NCBI GenBank assembly: GCA_044377135.1
Contig: JBILJP010000001.1
Location: 1 to 57,605 of the forward strand
DNA: 57,605 bases
From: Fluviicola sp.
GTDB lineage: Bacteria; Bacteroidota; Bacteroidia; Flavobacteriales_D; Crocinitomicaceae
Reading direction: 5' to 3'
The notes beneath the pieces are model-generated. The model did not search any database and had not been told where the DNA came from. It was given only the letters and a program-made list of their open reading frames with translations. Of this stretch, positions 49,923 to 57,605 are shown in pieces (position 1 is the stretch's first letter; each line of letters begins with the position of its first letter). Position numbers and translations under genes: made by a program.

Positions 49923-50399
49923 ATGTTAGATTTTGCTAAGAAGCATGAATACGAAGTGAACCGTCTATACCTTTCTCTGATGCATACTCAGAAGTTGTTT
50001 TGGTTCCACGAACGTCCCTACTTCAAATATCAAATGGATATAACCGACGATTCATGGAATCACCTTCAATTTGTATCTCTTGACAAGGAGGGGAAAGTAA
50101 CTGGATTTATTGCAGCTCAACTTGACAGGATCAATAATATTGTTACGAATTTGCTACTCCTCAATTTTGGAGATCCCAGCATGACTTTTACCATCGATTG
50201 TTTAAGATTCGTTGATAAGCTAAAACAAATGAATTTCGCCAAGATTGGGTTCAGCGTGGTTATAGGAAATCCTGCAGAAACTATTTATGATGCTATCGTG
50301 AAAAAGCTTGGAGGTGAACAAGTTGGTATTTTCAGAAGAGATTTGAAGCTGCCGGATGGTAATTATTATGACCGAAAATTTTATGAAATCCAGCTTTAA
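49923..50399 (+). CDS. GNAT-like (RimL-type) protein
   Basis: VTGFI, NPA..IY...KKLGG..VG..R......DGNYYD pattern. Confidence 0.55.
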   Translation: MLDFAKKHEYEVNRLYLSLMHTQKLFWFHERPYFKYQMDITDDSWNHLQFVSLDKEGKVTGFIAAQLDRINNIVTNLLLLNFGDPSMTFTIDCLRFVDKLKQMNFAKIGFSVVIGNPAETIYDAIVKKLGGEQVGIFRRDLKLPDGNYYDRKFYEIQL

Positions 50400-53300
50400 A
50401 GAGTTCTTGCGAACAACCAACTATTCCTTCTTCGACAAGGTCGTTTTAAGGACCCCTGTATTTCCGTTTACAACAAGTTTCGGAGATCCGGAAAAATTAT
50501 TGCAGCTTTATTTCTCATCAACGGTATACCAAGAAGCCATTTTTCTGGCTTCACCCTCACTTTTCAAAAGACTTTCAGAATACCATAGCGGTAAAGAATT
50601 CTCAAAAAAGGAAAAGGACTTGCTCATAAATGCGCTGAACAAGTACATGATTAGAATGCATTCAAGGTGTGTTCCGTTTGGCCTATTTTCGGGTAATTCA
50701 GTGTTAGACTGGGGCAATGAAACAGCCATTTCGATTGAAACGAAAGTTCCTCAGAGGAGAATTCGCCCTGACATGATCGTGCTTGACAAAATCATACGGC
50801 AGATTATTTTAACTCCTCATATTAAGCGCGAGCTGATCTTCTTTCCAAACAACAGTATATATAGTGTTCGCGGGAATGTGCGATTTGTAGAATTCAAACT
50901 ACAAGAAAATAAGCGAAAATACTTGGTGTCTGAGATCGCCAATGGAGAATCCGTGGATGATATTCTCAAAATGGTGGCAAATGGGGAACGTTATGGGAAA
51001 CTAATAGAGTTTATTTGTAACGAATACGATTGCGAAGAAGACGAGGCAACAGCATATCTTGACACTCTTATCGAATCCCAGTTAATTGTTAGTGAATTAG
51101 AACCGTCCTCTTCGGGTCCACCTGTTTTGAGTACAATAATTGAATTATTATCCCGCGTAGACAGTCCCGAATCTAAGGTGTTAAAGACATTGATCGAAAC
51201 GGATTCGATTTTTAACCTCATTGAGAATGATTCTGAAGGGGAGAATATTGGACTATACCAAGATGTTGTATCTAAACTACTTAACCTAGAAATTGGACTC
51301 ACCGAAGTAAATCTATTTCAGGTAGACTCTTACATAAGACTCAGTGAAAGAACTATTTCAGATAAAATTCAAAAAGATATTCAGAAAGGGCTGTATGCGT
51401 TGACAATGTTGACGGACAATAACAGTAACGATAATATCTCAGTCTTCGCCAGTAAATTTTCAGAAGTCTATGAAGGTCAGGAAGTCATGTTGACTGATGT
51501 CATGGATTCAGAAATTGGTCTGGGTTATCCGATCAATAATCTGTTTAATCAGGAAGTCAATCCGTTACTAGATGGACTAGGTATTCAAGGTGCTCAAACC
51601 GATTCTTCTCCCCAAATAAGCTGGTCTCCTTTTCTTAAATTTTTATCCGATCGCATTCTGACAGCTCTAGAAAATGGAGAAAAGATTAAAGAAATTTCGC
51701 TATCCGAGGTTGATCTGAATAAATTTGATCAAAATAAAAATATTCGTCTCCCAGACACTTTTTACACTTTTTTCAGATTGTGTAAGTCTGAAAATCCTGA
51801 TGTTGAATATGACTTATTTCTGAATTTTTTCGCTGGTAGCAGCGGCGCGGATGTCATCAGCCGATTTTCCGATGGAAATGAAGAGATACATCAATTGTGT
51901 GAAAGTATCGGTGAATATGAAGAGCTTCATAAGGACAAGGATAGTGTGATCTGTGAGTTAATCCATATTCCTGAAACGAGAAATGTTAATATACTAAAAC
52001 ACAAGTCCTTCCGAAGTAATGAAATTCCTTTTCTGGGAAAATCTTCGAAAAAGAAGAGCGAACAAATAGATATAAATGATCTGGTGCTCTATATGGAGAA
52101 CGGACTACTTAAGTTGAAATCGAAATCGCTTAATAAAAATGTGATCCCAAAGTTCTCCAATGCATACAACACGAGTTTAAGCTCGATTCCACTCTTTCGG
52201 TTTCTGACAGACTTTAGATTTTATGGTCGTTCATCAAACTTGAACATTAGTATTTCTTCGCTTGAATCCATTTATACGCATTTGCCTCGTATAAGCTTTC
52301 AGAACATTATCTTATCAAGAGAATACTGGATTCTTGAAAGCTCTGAATTAATAAAGGCAAAGGGCACGTTTACCGAAAATGTACGACAATGGAGCGAAAA
52401 AAGAGACATTCCTTCAACATTTGTTATTGTTCAGGGTGACCTTGAAATTCCAATTGATATTGATTGTCCCGTGTCGATTTTTACATTCGAATCGTTCGTG
52501 AAAAAGTATCCTTACCTGAAGATCTGTGAGCTCGTTACCCCATTTAATGGTGTTAAAAATTCAGATGGGAAAGTATTTTCGAATGAGTTTGTGGCACCCA
52601 TGAAACAAACAGTACCCGTGCAGTCAAGGTCGAATAATTCTGATATAACCACTATTAAAAGAACATTTATTCCGGGCTCAGAATGGTTGTTCTATAAAAT
52701 CTATTGCAATCCCCAAGCTTCAGACAATATTCTGCGTCAAATGCTGCATCCTATTGCGGAAGAATTACTGAAAGAAGGAAAAATAAAAAAGTGGTTTTTC
52801 ATCCGTTTTACAGACCCCGATTATCATCTGCGCTTTCGTATGGAACTCAGTAATCAGAGCGACTATGATTATATACTTGCTTATTGTAACGAGCATTTTG
52901 GGGAGTCAACGGAGCAAAGTTCCATACAAAACATCCAGATTGCGACCTACAAACGAGAAATGGAGCGATATATTCCTTCGCTAATAGAAATCGCAGAACA
53001 ACTATTTCATTGGGATAGTGCAACTATTTGCCGGATATTGTCTTTATGTGAAACAGAAGAACAACGATGGTTATCTGGCATATTTTTAGTGGACGATTTT
53101 TTAAGTTCTTTCGGGTACACCGTTGAACAAAAACAGAAGTTTGCTAAAGAAATATCTGAACGCTTCTTTAGAGAGTTCAATGTCGGTACTGGCCAGAAGC
53201 AGGCCTTGAACAGCAGATTCCGTTCACATTCGGGAATGATTGAGCAGCAAATGCAAAATCCCGATGAATCCTTCCAAAAGATTTCAGAAGGACGTCGAAC

Positions 53301-53493
53301 TATACTCGCATCGGAAATAGCAAGCATAAAAGAGCACATCAACCCGGAAAACGAGATCGATCTGCTATTTAGTTATAATCATATGACGGTAAATAGATTG
53401 TTCCGTACCCGACAACGTGCAAACGAAATGGTGATTTATTACTTTCTTCATAAATTTTATGCGTCATCAATCGCTAGACATAGTAAAGTATGA
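50356..53493 (+). CDS. lanB: Lanthipeptide dehydratase (full length)
   Basis: VLRTP, EAIFLASPSL, RCVPFGLFSG, HLPRI; elimination domain EWLFYKIY, WFFIRF.DPDYHLR, YKREMERY; start may be 50368 or 50383. Confidence 0.95.
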   Translation: MVIIMTENFMKSSFKEFLRTTNYSFFDKVVLRTPVFPFTTSFGDPEKLLQLYFSSTVYQEAIFLASPSLFKRLSEYHSGKEFSKKEKDLLINALNKYMIRMHSRCVPFGLFSGNSVLDWGNETAISIETKVPQRRIRPDMIVLDKIIRQIILTPHIKRELIFFPNNSIYSVRGNVRFVEFKLQENKRKYLVSEIANGESVDDILKMVANGERYGKLIEFICNEYDCEEDEATAYLDTLIESQLIVSELEPSSSGPPVLSTIIELLSRVDSPESKVLKTLIETDSIFNLIENDSEGENIGLYQDVVSKLLNLEIGLTEVNLFQVDSYIRLSERTISDKIQKDIQKGLYALTMLTDNNSNDNISVFASKFSEVYEGQEVMLTDVMDSEIGLGYPINNLFNQEVNPLLDGLGIQGAQTDSSPQISWSPFLKFLSDRILTALENGEKIKEISLSEVDLNKFDQNKNIRLPDTFYTFFRLCKSENPDVEYDLFLNFFAGSSGADVISRFSDGNEEIHQLCESIGEYEELHKDKDSVICELIHIPETRNVNILKHKSFRSNEIPFLGKSSKKKSEQIDINDLVLYMENGLLKLKSKSLNKNVIPKFSNAYNTSLSSIPLFRFLTDFRFYGRSSNLNISISSLESIYTHLPRISFQNIILSREYWILESSELIKAKGTFTENVRQWSEKRDIPSTFVIVQGDLEIPIDIDCPVSIFTFESFVKKYPYLKICELVTPFNGVKNSDGKVFSNEFVAPMKQTVPVQSRSNNSDITTIKRTFIPGSEWLFYKIYCNPQASDNILRQMLHPIAEELLKEGKIKKWFFIRFTDPDYHLRFRMELSNQSDYDYILAYCNEHFGESTEQSSIQNIQIATYKREMERYIPSLIEIAEQLFHWDSATICRILSLCETEEQRWLSGIFLVDDFLSSFGYTVEQKQKFAKEISERFFREFNVGTGQKQALNSRFRSHSGMIEQQMQNPDESFQKISEGRRTILASEIASIKEHINPENEIDLLFSYNHMTVNRLFRTRQRANEMVIYYFLHKFYASSIARHSKV

Positions 53494-55715
53494 AATCCTT
53501 CAAAGTTTTTACCCAACATGATGCGATGGACTGCGGCCCTACGTGTATCCGTATGATCGCAAATTATTACGGTAAGACGATTCCAATAGAAAAAATTCGC
53601 AGACTATCTGACGTCACAAAAGTTGGAAGTAATCTTTACAACTTAAGCAAAGCTGCAGAAAAGCTGGGTTTTACCAGTATGGGGGCCAAGGTTGATTATA
53701 CAACCCTCCTCGAACAAGTAGATTCGCCGTGTATAGCTTATTGGGAGCAGAAGCATTTTGTTGTAATTGTGAAAGTCACAAAAAACTATGTAATGATAGC
53801 TGATCCCAAGGTTTCTACGTTGCTCAAACTCTCGAAAGCTGAGTTTACCGACAAATGGAAATTGCAGGATCAAGCTGGAGAAAATCCGTTTGGTATTATA
53901 CTAATACTGACGCCACAAAAAAACTTCCTAACTGAAGAAGGCCAGCTTGAGGAAGATTTTTCGAACATGGAAAAAGGAACATTATTGGGTTTCCTCGTTC
54001 CTTATTTCAAATTGTACAGAAAATACCTGTTTCAATTATTGTTAGGATTGCTTGCTGGATCTCTTCTTTCACTGATTCTCCCTTTCTTGACCCAAAGTAT
54101 TGTAGACACGGGAATCCATAATCGAAACATATCTTTTATTTACCTCATACTTTTCGGACAATTATTGTTATTCGTTGGACGGATAATTATTGAATTAATT
54201 CGAAGTTGGCTGTTAGTTCATCTGAGCACAAGAATAAACATCTCACTCATATCAGATTTTTTCCTTAAGCTGATGCGACTCCCTTCCTCGTTTTTCGATA
54301 GCAAGGTATCTGGCGATCTTCTTCAGCGAATTCGCGATCATTATCGAATTGAACAACTTATTACGAGTTCTACACTTTCTGTACTTTTTGCGATGGTTAA
54401 CATACTGGTTTTTAGTGCCGTTTTGTTTGTTTACAGTTTCGAAATCTTTATTCTATTTGTTGTTTTCTCTGCTTTATATATTGGCTGGATTCTTATATTC
54501 CTCAAAAGAAGAAAAGTGCTCGATTATCTTGAATTTGATGCTGTGAGCGAGGAACAAGACAAGGTTCTAGAGCTCATCGGCGGAATGCAGGAAATTAAAA
54601 TGTACAATGCAGAATTGTTTAAGCGTTGGTCGTGGGAGAAGATACAGTATAAACTATTCAAATTAAGAGTCAGAAGATTGACGCTCGAGCAGTACCAATC
54701 GGTAGGGGCAGGATTAATTAATGAGCTCAAAAACATTCTAATAACTGCTTACGCTGCAAACCTAGTCATTTCAGGCGACATCACATTGGGAATGATGCTT
54801 TCCATATCTTATATTACGGGTCAGCTTAACGGTCCTATCGCAGGTATAATTGGCTTCGTTCATGCACTCCAAGATGCACGCATCGGTTTGGAGAGGATTT
54901 TGGAGATTTACGATCATAAAGACGAAGAGGAGAACCCAGAGCAAATGGTTCGAACGATCGACAGTAAAGCTGATATTATTCTCAATAATGTTCATTTCAA
55001 ATACCCTGGGTCAGAACACTATGCTTTAAAAAACATTGATTTAATAATTCCGAGCAATAAGGTGACAGCTATTGTAGGCGCGAGTGGAAGCGGTAAATCC
55101 ACTTTATTAAAGTTAATTACCAAGCATTATTCTCCAACAAAGGGTGAAATCCTGGTTGGTAGCACTCCACTTTCAAAAGTGGCATTCGAGACTTGGCGCG
55201 ACAGGTGTGGAACTGTTATGCAAGAGTCCTTTATTTTCAATGATTCTATTGAACGCAATATCGCGGTAAGTGAATACATTGATCCTGATCGTTTGGTTTG
55301 GGCAGCAAAATCTGCACAGATTTCCGATACCATAGAAAAATTACCAATCTCGTATAAAACGAAAATTGGTGTTGAGGGAGTTGGAATGAGTGTTGGTCAA
55401 AAGCAACGGTTGTTTATAGCACGAGTGCTATACAAGGATCCTCATTTTGTTTTCTTAGACGAAGCTACCTCTTCATTGGATGCCAATAATGAAAAAACCA
55501 TCATGACAGAATTAACGGCTTTTTTCGAGAACAAAACCATCATTATTATTGCTCACAGGCTAAGCACCGTCAAAAATGCAGATCAAATCATTGTAATGGA
55601 CGAGGGCGAAATTATTGAACAAGGTGTTCACTCCTCTTTGATTAAAGAAAAAGGGGCATACTATGAGTTGATAAAAAACCAGTTAACTTTATTTGAAACC
55701 AAAGATAAATTATGA
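53490..55715 (+). CDS. lanT: Peptidase C39-containing ABC exporter
   Basis: QHDAMDCGPTC, HFVV, GASGSGKST, LDEATS. Confidence 0.95.
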   Translation: MKSFKVFTQHDAMDCGPTCIRMIANYYGKTIPIEKIRRLSDVTKVGSNLYNLSKAAEKLGFTSMGAKVDYTTLLEQVDSPCIAYWEQKHFVVIVKVTKNYVMIADPKVSTLLKLSKAEFTDKWKLQDQAGENPFGIILILTPQKNFLTEEGQLEEDFSNMEKGTLLGFLVPYFKLYRKYLFQLLLGLLAGSLLSLILPFLTQSIVDTGIHNRNISFIYLILFGQLLLFVGRIIIELIRSWLLVHLSTRINISLISDFFLKLMRLPSSFFDSKVSGDLLQRIRDHYRIEQLITSSTLSVLFAMVNILVFSAVLFVYSFEIFILFVVFSALYIGWILIFLKRRKVLDYLEFDAVSEEQDKVLELIGGMQEIKMYNAELFKRWSWEKIQYKLFKLRVRRLTLEQYQSVGAGLINELKNILITAYAANLVISGDITLGMMLSISYITGQLNGPIAGIIGFVHALQDARIGLERILEIYDHKDEEENPEQMVRTIDSKADIILNNVHFKYPGSEHYALKNIDLIIPSNKVTAIVGASGSGKSTLLKLITKHYSPTKGEILVGSTPLSKVAFETWRDRCGTVMQESFIFNDSIERNIAVSEYIDPDRLVWAAKSAQISDTIEKLPISYKTKIGVEGVGMSVGQKQRLFIARVLYKDPHFVFLDEATSSLDANNEKTIMTELTAFFENKTIIIIAHRLSTVKNADQIIVMDEGEIIEQGVHSSLIKEKGAYYELIKNQLTLFETKDKL

Positions 55716-56284
55716 GCGCTTTTTACAACCTCCAGCATTTTTCTCACACACAATTTCTTGAAGAGAATACTTCTATTTTCACCGAAGAAATACTTCACAT
55801 TCCCAGCGAAATAATGGTAGCATGGCATGAGAAGGGCATTACAACTGGAGAATGGGCAATGTTTCCATTGATCTTAGCTGGTCAAAATTTGCCTTTTGCG
55901 GATCAGCTGTTACCTAGAACGTTAGCGTTGCTCAATACAACTCCAGTCGTTCAGGCTACCGTCTCAGTACTCAAAGCAGGTTCCGAAATTCTCCCTCATA
56001 CAGATACTATAGATAACGATGTTCTTCTTTCGAGCAAAACTTACAGACTGCAATTAGGAATTAAAATTCCAGAAAATTGCGCACTCACTGTAGACTCCGA
56101 AACCAGATTATGGGAAAAAGGGAAAGTATTGGCGTTCGATAGCTCCAAAGTTCACAGTGCATTCAACAGATCGAACGAAGACAGAATTGTATTGATAATC
56201 GATTATGCAAAAGACGGAATAGTTATCACCAATGAAGAAATGCAAAACCTCCAGAACTATTATATGGCACTATACAATTTTTAA
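55712..56284 (+). CDS. Aspartyl/asparaginyl beta-hydroxylase-like Fe(II)/2OG enzyme
   Basis: SVLKAGSEILPHTD, RLQLGI, FDSSKVHSAFN, RIVLIID. Confidence 0.88.
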   Translation: MSAFYNLQHFSHTQFLEENTSIFTEEILHIPSEIMVAWHEKGITTGEWAMFPLILAGQNLPFADQLLPRTLALLNTTPVVQATVSVLKAGSEILPHTDTIDNDVLLSSKTYRLQLGIKIPENCALTVDSETRLWEKGKVLAFDSSKVHSAFNRSNEDRIVLIIDYAKDGIVITNEEMQNLQNYYMALYNF

Positions 56285-56292
56285 TTTGAGTA

Positions 56293-57027
56293 TTGATGTC
56301 TGAAAATAATTTTGAAAACAGAAGCGAGGTAGTCAAATACTTGCTTAATGATCCCCTGTCGAGGTTTCTCAAATATGGGAATTCCATTATTCTATTAACT
56401 CTTATAATAGTTACTACACTCTTATGGTTTATAGAGTATCCCGATGTAATTACAGGAGAAGTAAAGATTATCCCAGAAATACCTTCTGTGAAAATTGTTT
56501 CTCCAAAATCAGGAGAGATCAATAAGATTCTTAAAAGTGATGGCGATTTTGTACGAAAGGGTCAGACAATCGCGTCTTTTAACGTTTCTGATAAATCAAA
56601 TGAGTCTTCCAGCCATGTATTTTATCTGACAGCTCCTATCAGCGGTAGACTAACCCACCTCCAATATGTTACACGACATCATTATGTTCAAGAAGGCTCT
56701 AGTTTATTTGCTGTGATTCCATATAGTAAAGTATACACAGCTCAAGTTAAAGTGGCTAAATCGGGGTATGGGACAATAAAGGTCGGACAACAGGTAATTA
56801 TTAGCCTTGAAGATTATCCGAAAGATGAGTTTGGTCAATTAATCGGTACGGTTAAAAACTTGTCTTTTATGCCTGAAAATGAAAGATATAATGTCAGGAT
56901 AGAGCTTGTGAATGGATTAAACTCAACTCGAGGTAAGAAGCTAAATTATTTACCGGAGATGTCTGGAGTTGCAGAAATCATCACTCAAGACAAACGGTTA
57001 ATTGAACGAGTCTTCAACAAGTTCTAA
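56293..57027 (+). CDS. HlyD-family membrane fusion protein (short)
   Basis: IEYPDVITG, APISG, YPKDEFGQLIG, RLIERVF. Confidence 0.88.
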   Translation: MMSENNFENRSEVVKYLLNDPLSRFLKYGNSIILLTLIIVTTLLWFIEYPDVITGEVKIIPEIPSVKIVSPKSGEINKILKSDGDFVRKGQTIASFNVSDKSNESSSHVFYLTAPISGRLTHLQYVTRHHYVQEGSSLFAVIPYSKVYTAQVKVAKSGYGTIKVGQQVIISLEDYPKDEFGQLIGTVKNLSFMPENERYNVRIELVNGLNSTRGKKLNYLPEMSGVAEIITQDKRLIERVFNKF

Positions 57028-57245
57028 CCCTTCGAGATTGAATAATTCAACATTTTCTGCGCTCAGAGTTGAATAATTGAAATTCTTATTTTAAACGAAT
57101 TCGCTTCATCCGACGGGCAATGTACTCATTTTTGGTACTACGATCGAGTAGCATTTTAAAGTACCAAAACGCCTCATTTTGCACTCAAATGCCGTCATTT
57201 GCAAAAACTAACCCTTTGAAACACCAATAAATACGTTTTGCTTCG

Positions 57246-57295
57246 CGGGCTCATAACCCGAAGGTCGCACGTTCGAGTCGTGTCCTCGCTACAAG
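57246..57295 (+). repeat. attR core, duplicated tRNA-Met 3' part
   Basis: Identical to 7352-7401; tRNA 5' part absent. Confidence 0.95.
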
Positions 57296-57296
57296 T

Positions 57297-57328
57297 AAAG
57301 GAATTCAGAAATGAGTTCCTTTTTTTTA
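57297..57328 (+). terminator. Probable original tRNA terminator, displaced by the insertion
   Basis: aaggaattca-gaaa-tgagttcctt followed by a long T run. Confidence 0.75.
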
Positions 57329-57407
57329 TGCCTATAATTTGCTCGTCAGTCTCATCTCGGATCACTGCAGGATCAAGGAAAAACGCGGAATGCGATCTAC
57401 CAAAACG

Positions 57408-57549
57408 GGATCAGTGCATAAATCTGTGGACTTGGAAAAAAATCAAGCATAAATTTGGGTTAATCTGAACAAAAAGAAGGATCAGTGCATAAATCTGTGG
57501 ACTTGGAAAAAAATCAAGCATAAATTTGGGTTAATCTGAACAAAAAGAA
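57408..57549 (+). repeat. Exact 71-bp tandem duplication
   Basis: 57408-57478 is identical to 57479-57549. Confidence 0.9.
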
Positions 57550-57605
57550 TCCAATATTGGTTACTCCACGGAACTGAGCTCTAAAGGCTTTGATTTTGGC
57601 ATTGA

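Noticed and set aside
7402-57245. Element-encoded suppressor tRNA-Gly(UCA)
   Set aside because: No cloverleaf found by eye in the intergenic gaps; tRNAscan-SE or ARAGORN is needed to be certain
57238-57468. Second tRNA, or the 76-aa ORF at attR
   Set aside because: Only the 3' part of the tRNA is present; the ORF runs across att, a terminator and the tandem repeat

Overview
Bacteroidota DNA (T9SS cargo, TAnnTTTG promoter). Positions 1-7.4 kb are host chromosome: yiaA, an FG-GAP/T9SS protein, a TPR kinase/LytTR pair and initiator tRNA-Met. A ~49.9 kb integrated element sits between 50-bp direct repeats of the tRNA 3' end (7352-7401 and 57246-57295). It carries a Lamassu-type defence operon, a tyrosine integrase, a Replic_Relax-type relaxase with a VirD4-like coupling protein (no mating-pair genes seen), an iteron-type Rep_3 replicon, and a class I lanthipeptide cluster with several tailoring genes. 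The main result is that five genes in two separate patches (19554-20051 and 36898-40065) are missed or fragmented by the ORF track because they appear to use another genetic code. They contain 14 in-frame TGA codons, several at motif-defining glycines (Nudix box, Dam YYGGK, ParE GLG), which points to TGA=Gly (code 25). In the second patch CGA/CGG also fall at expected Trp positions, the combination reported for Absconditabacteria (SR1). The rest of the element uses TGA as a normal stop. This suggests DNA exchange between a recoded CPR bacterium and a Bacteroidota mobile element. An assembly chimera cannot be excluded from sequence alone, and all family assignments come from motif recognition, not database searches.
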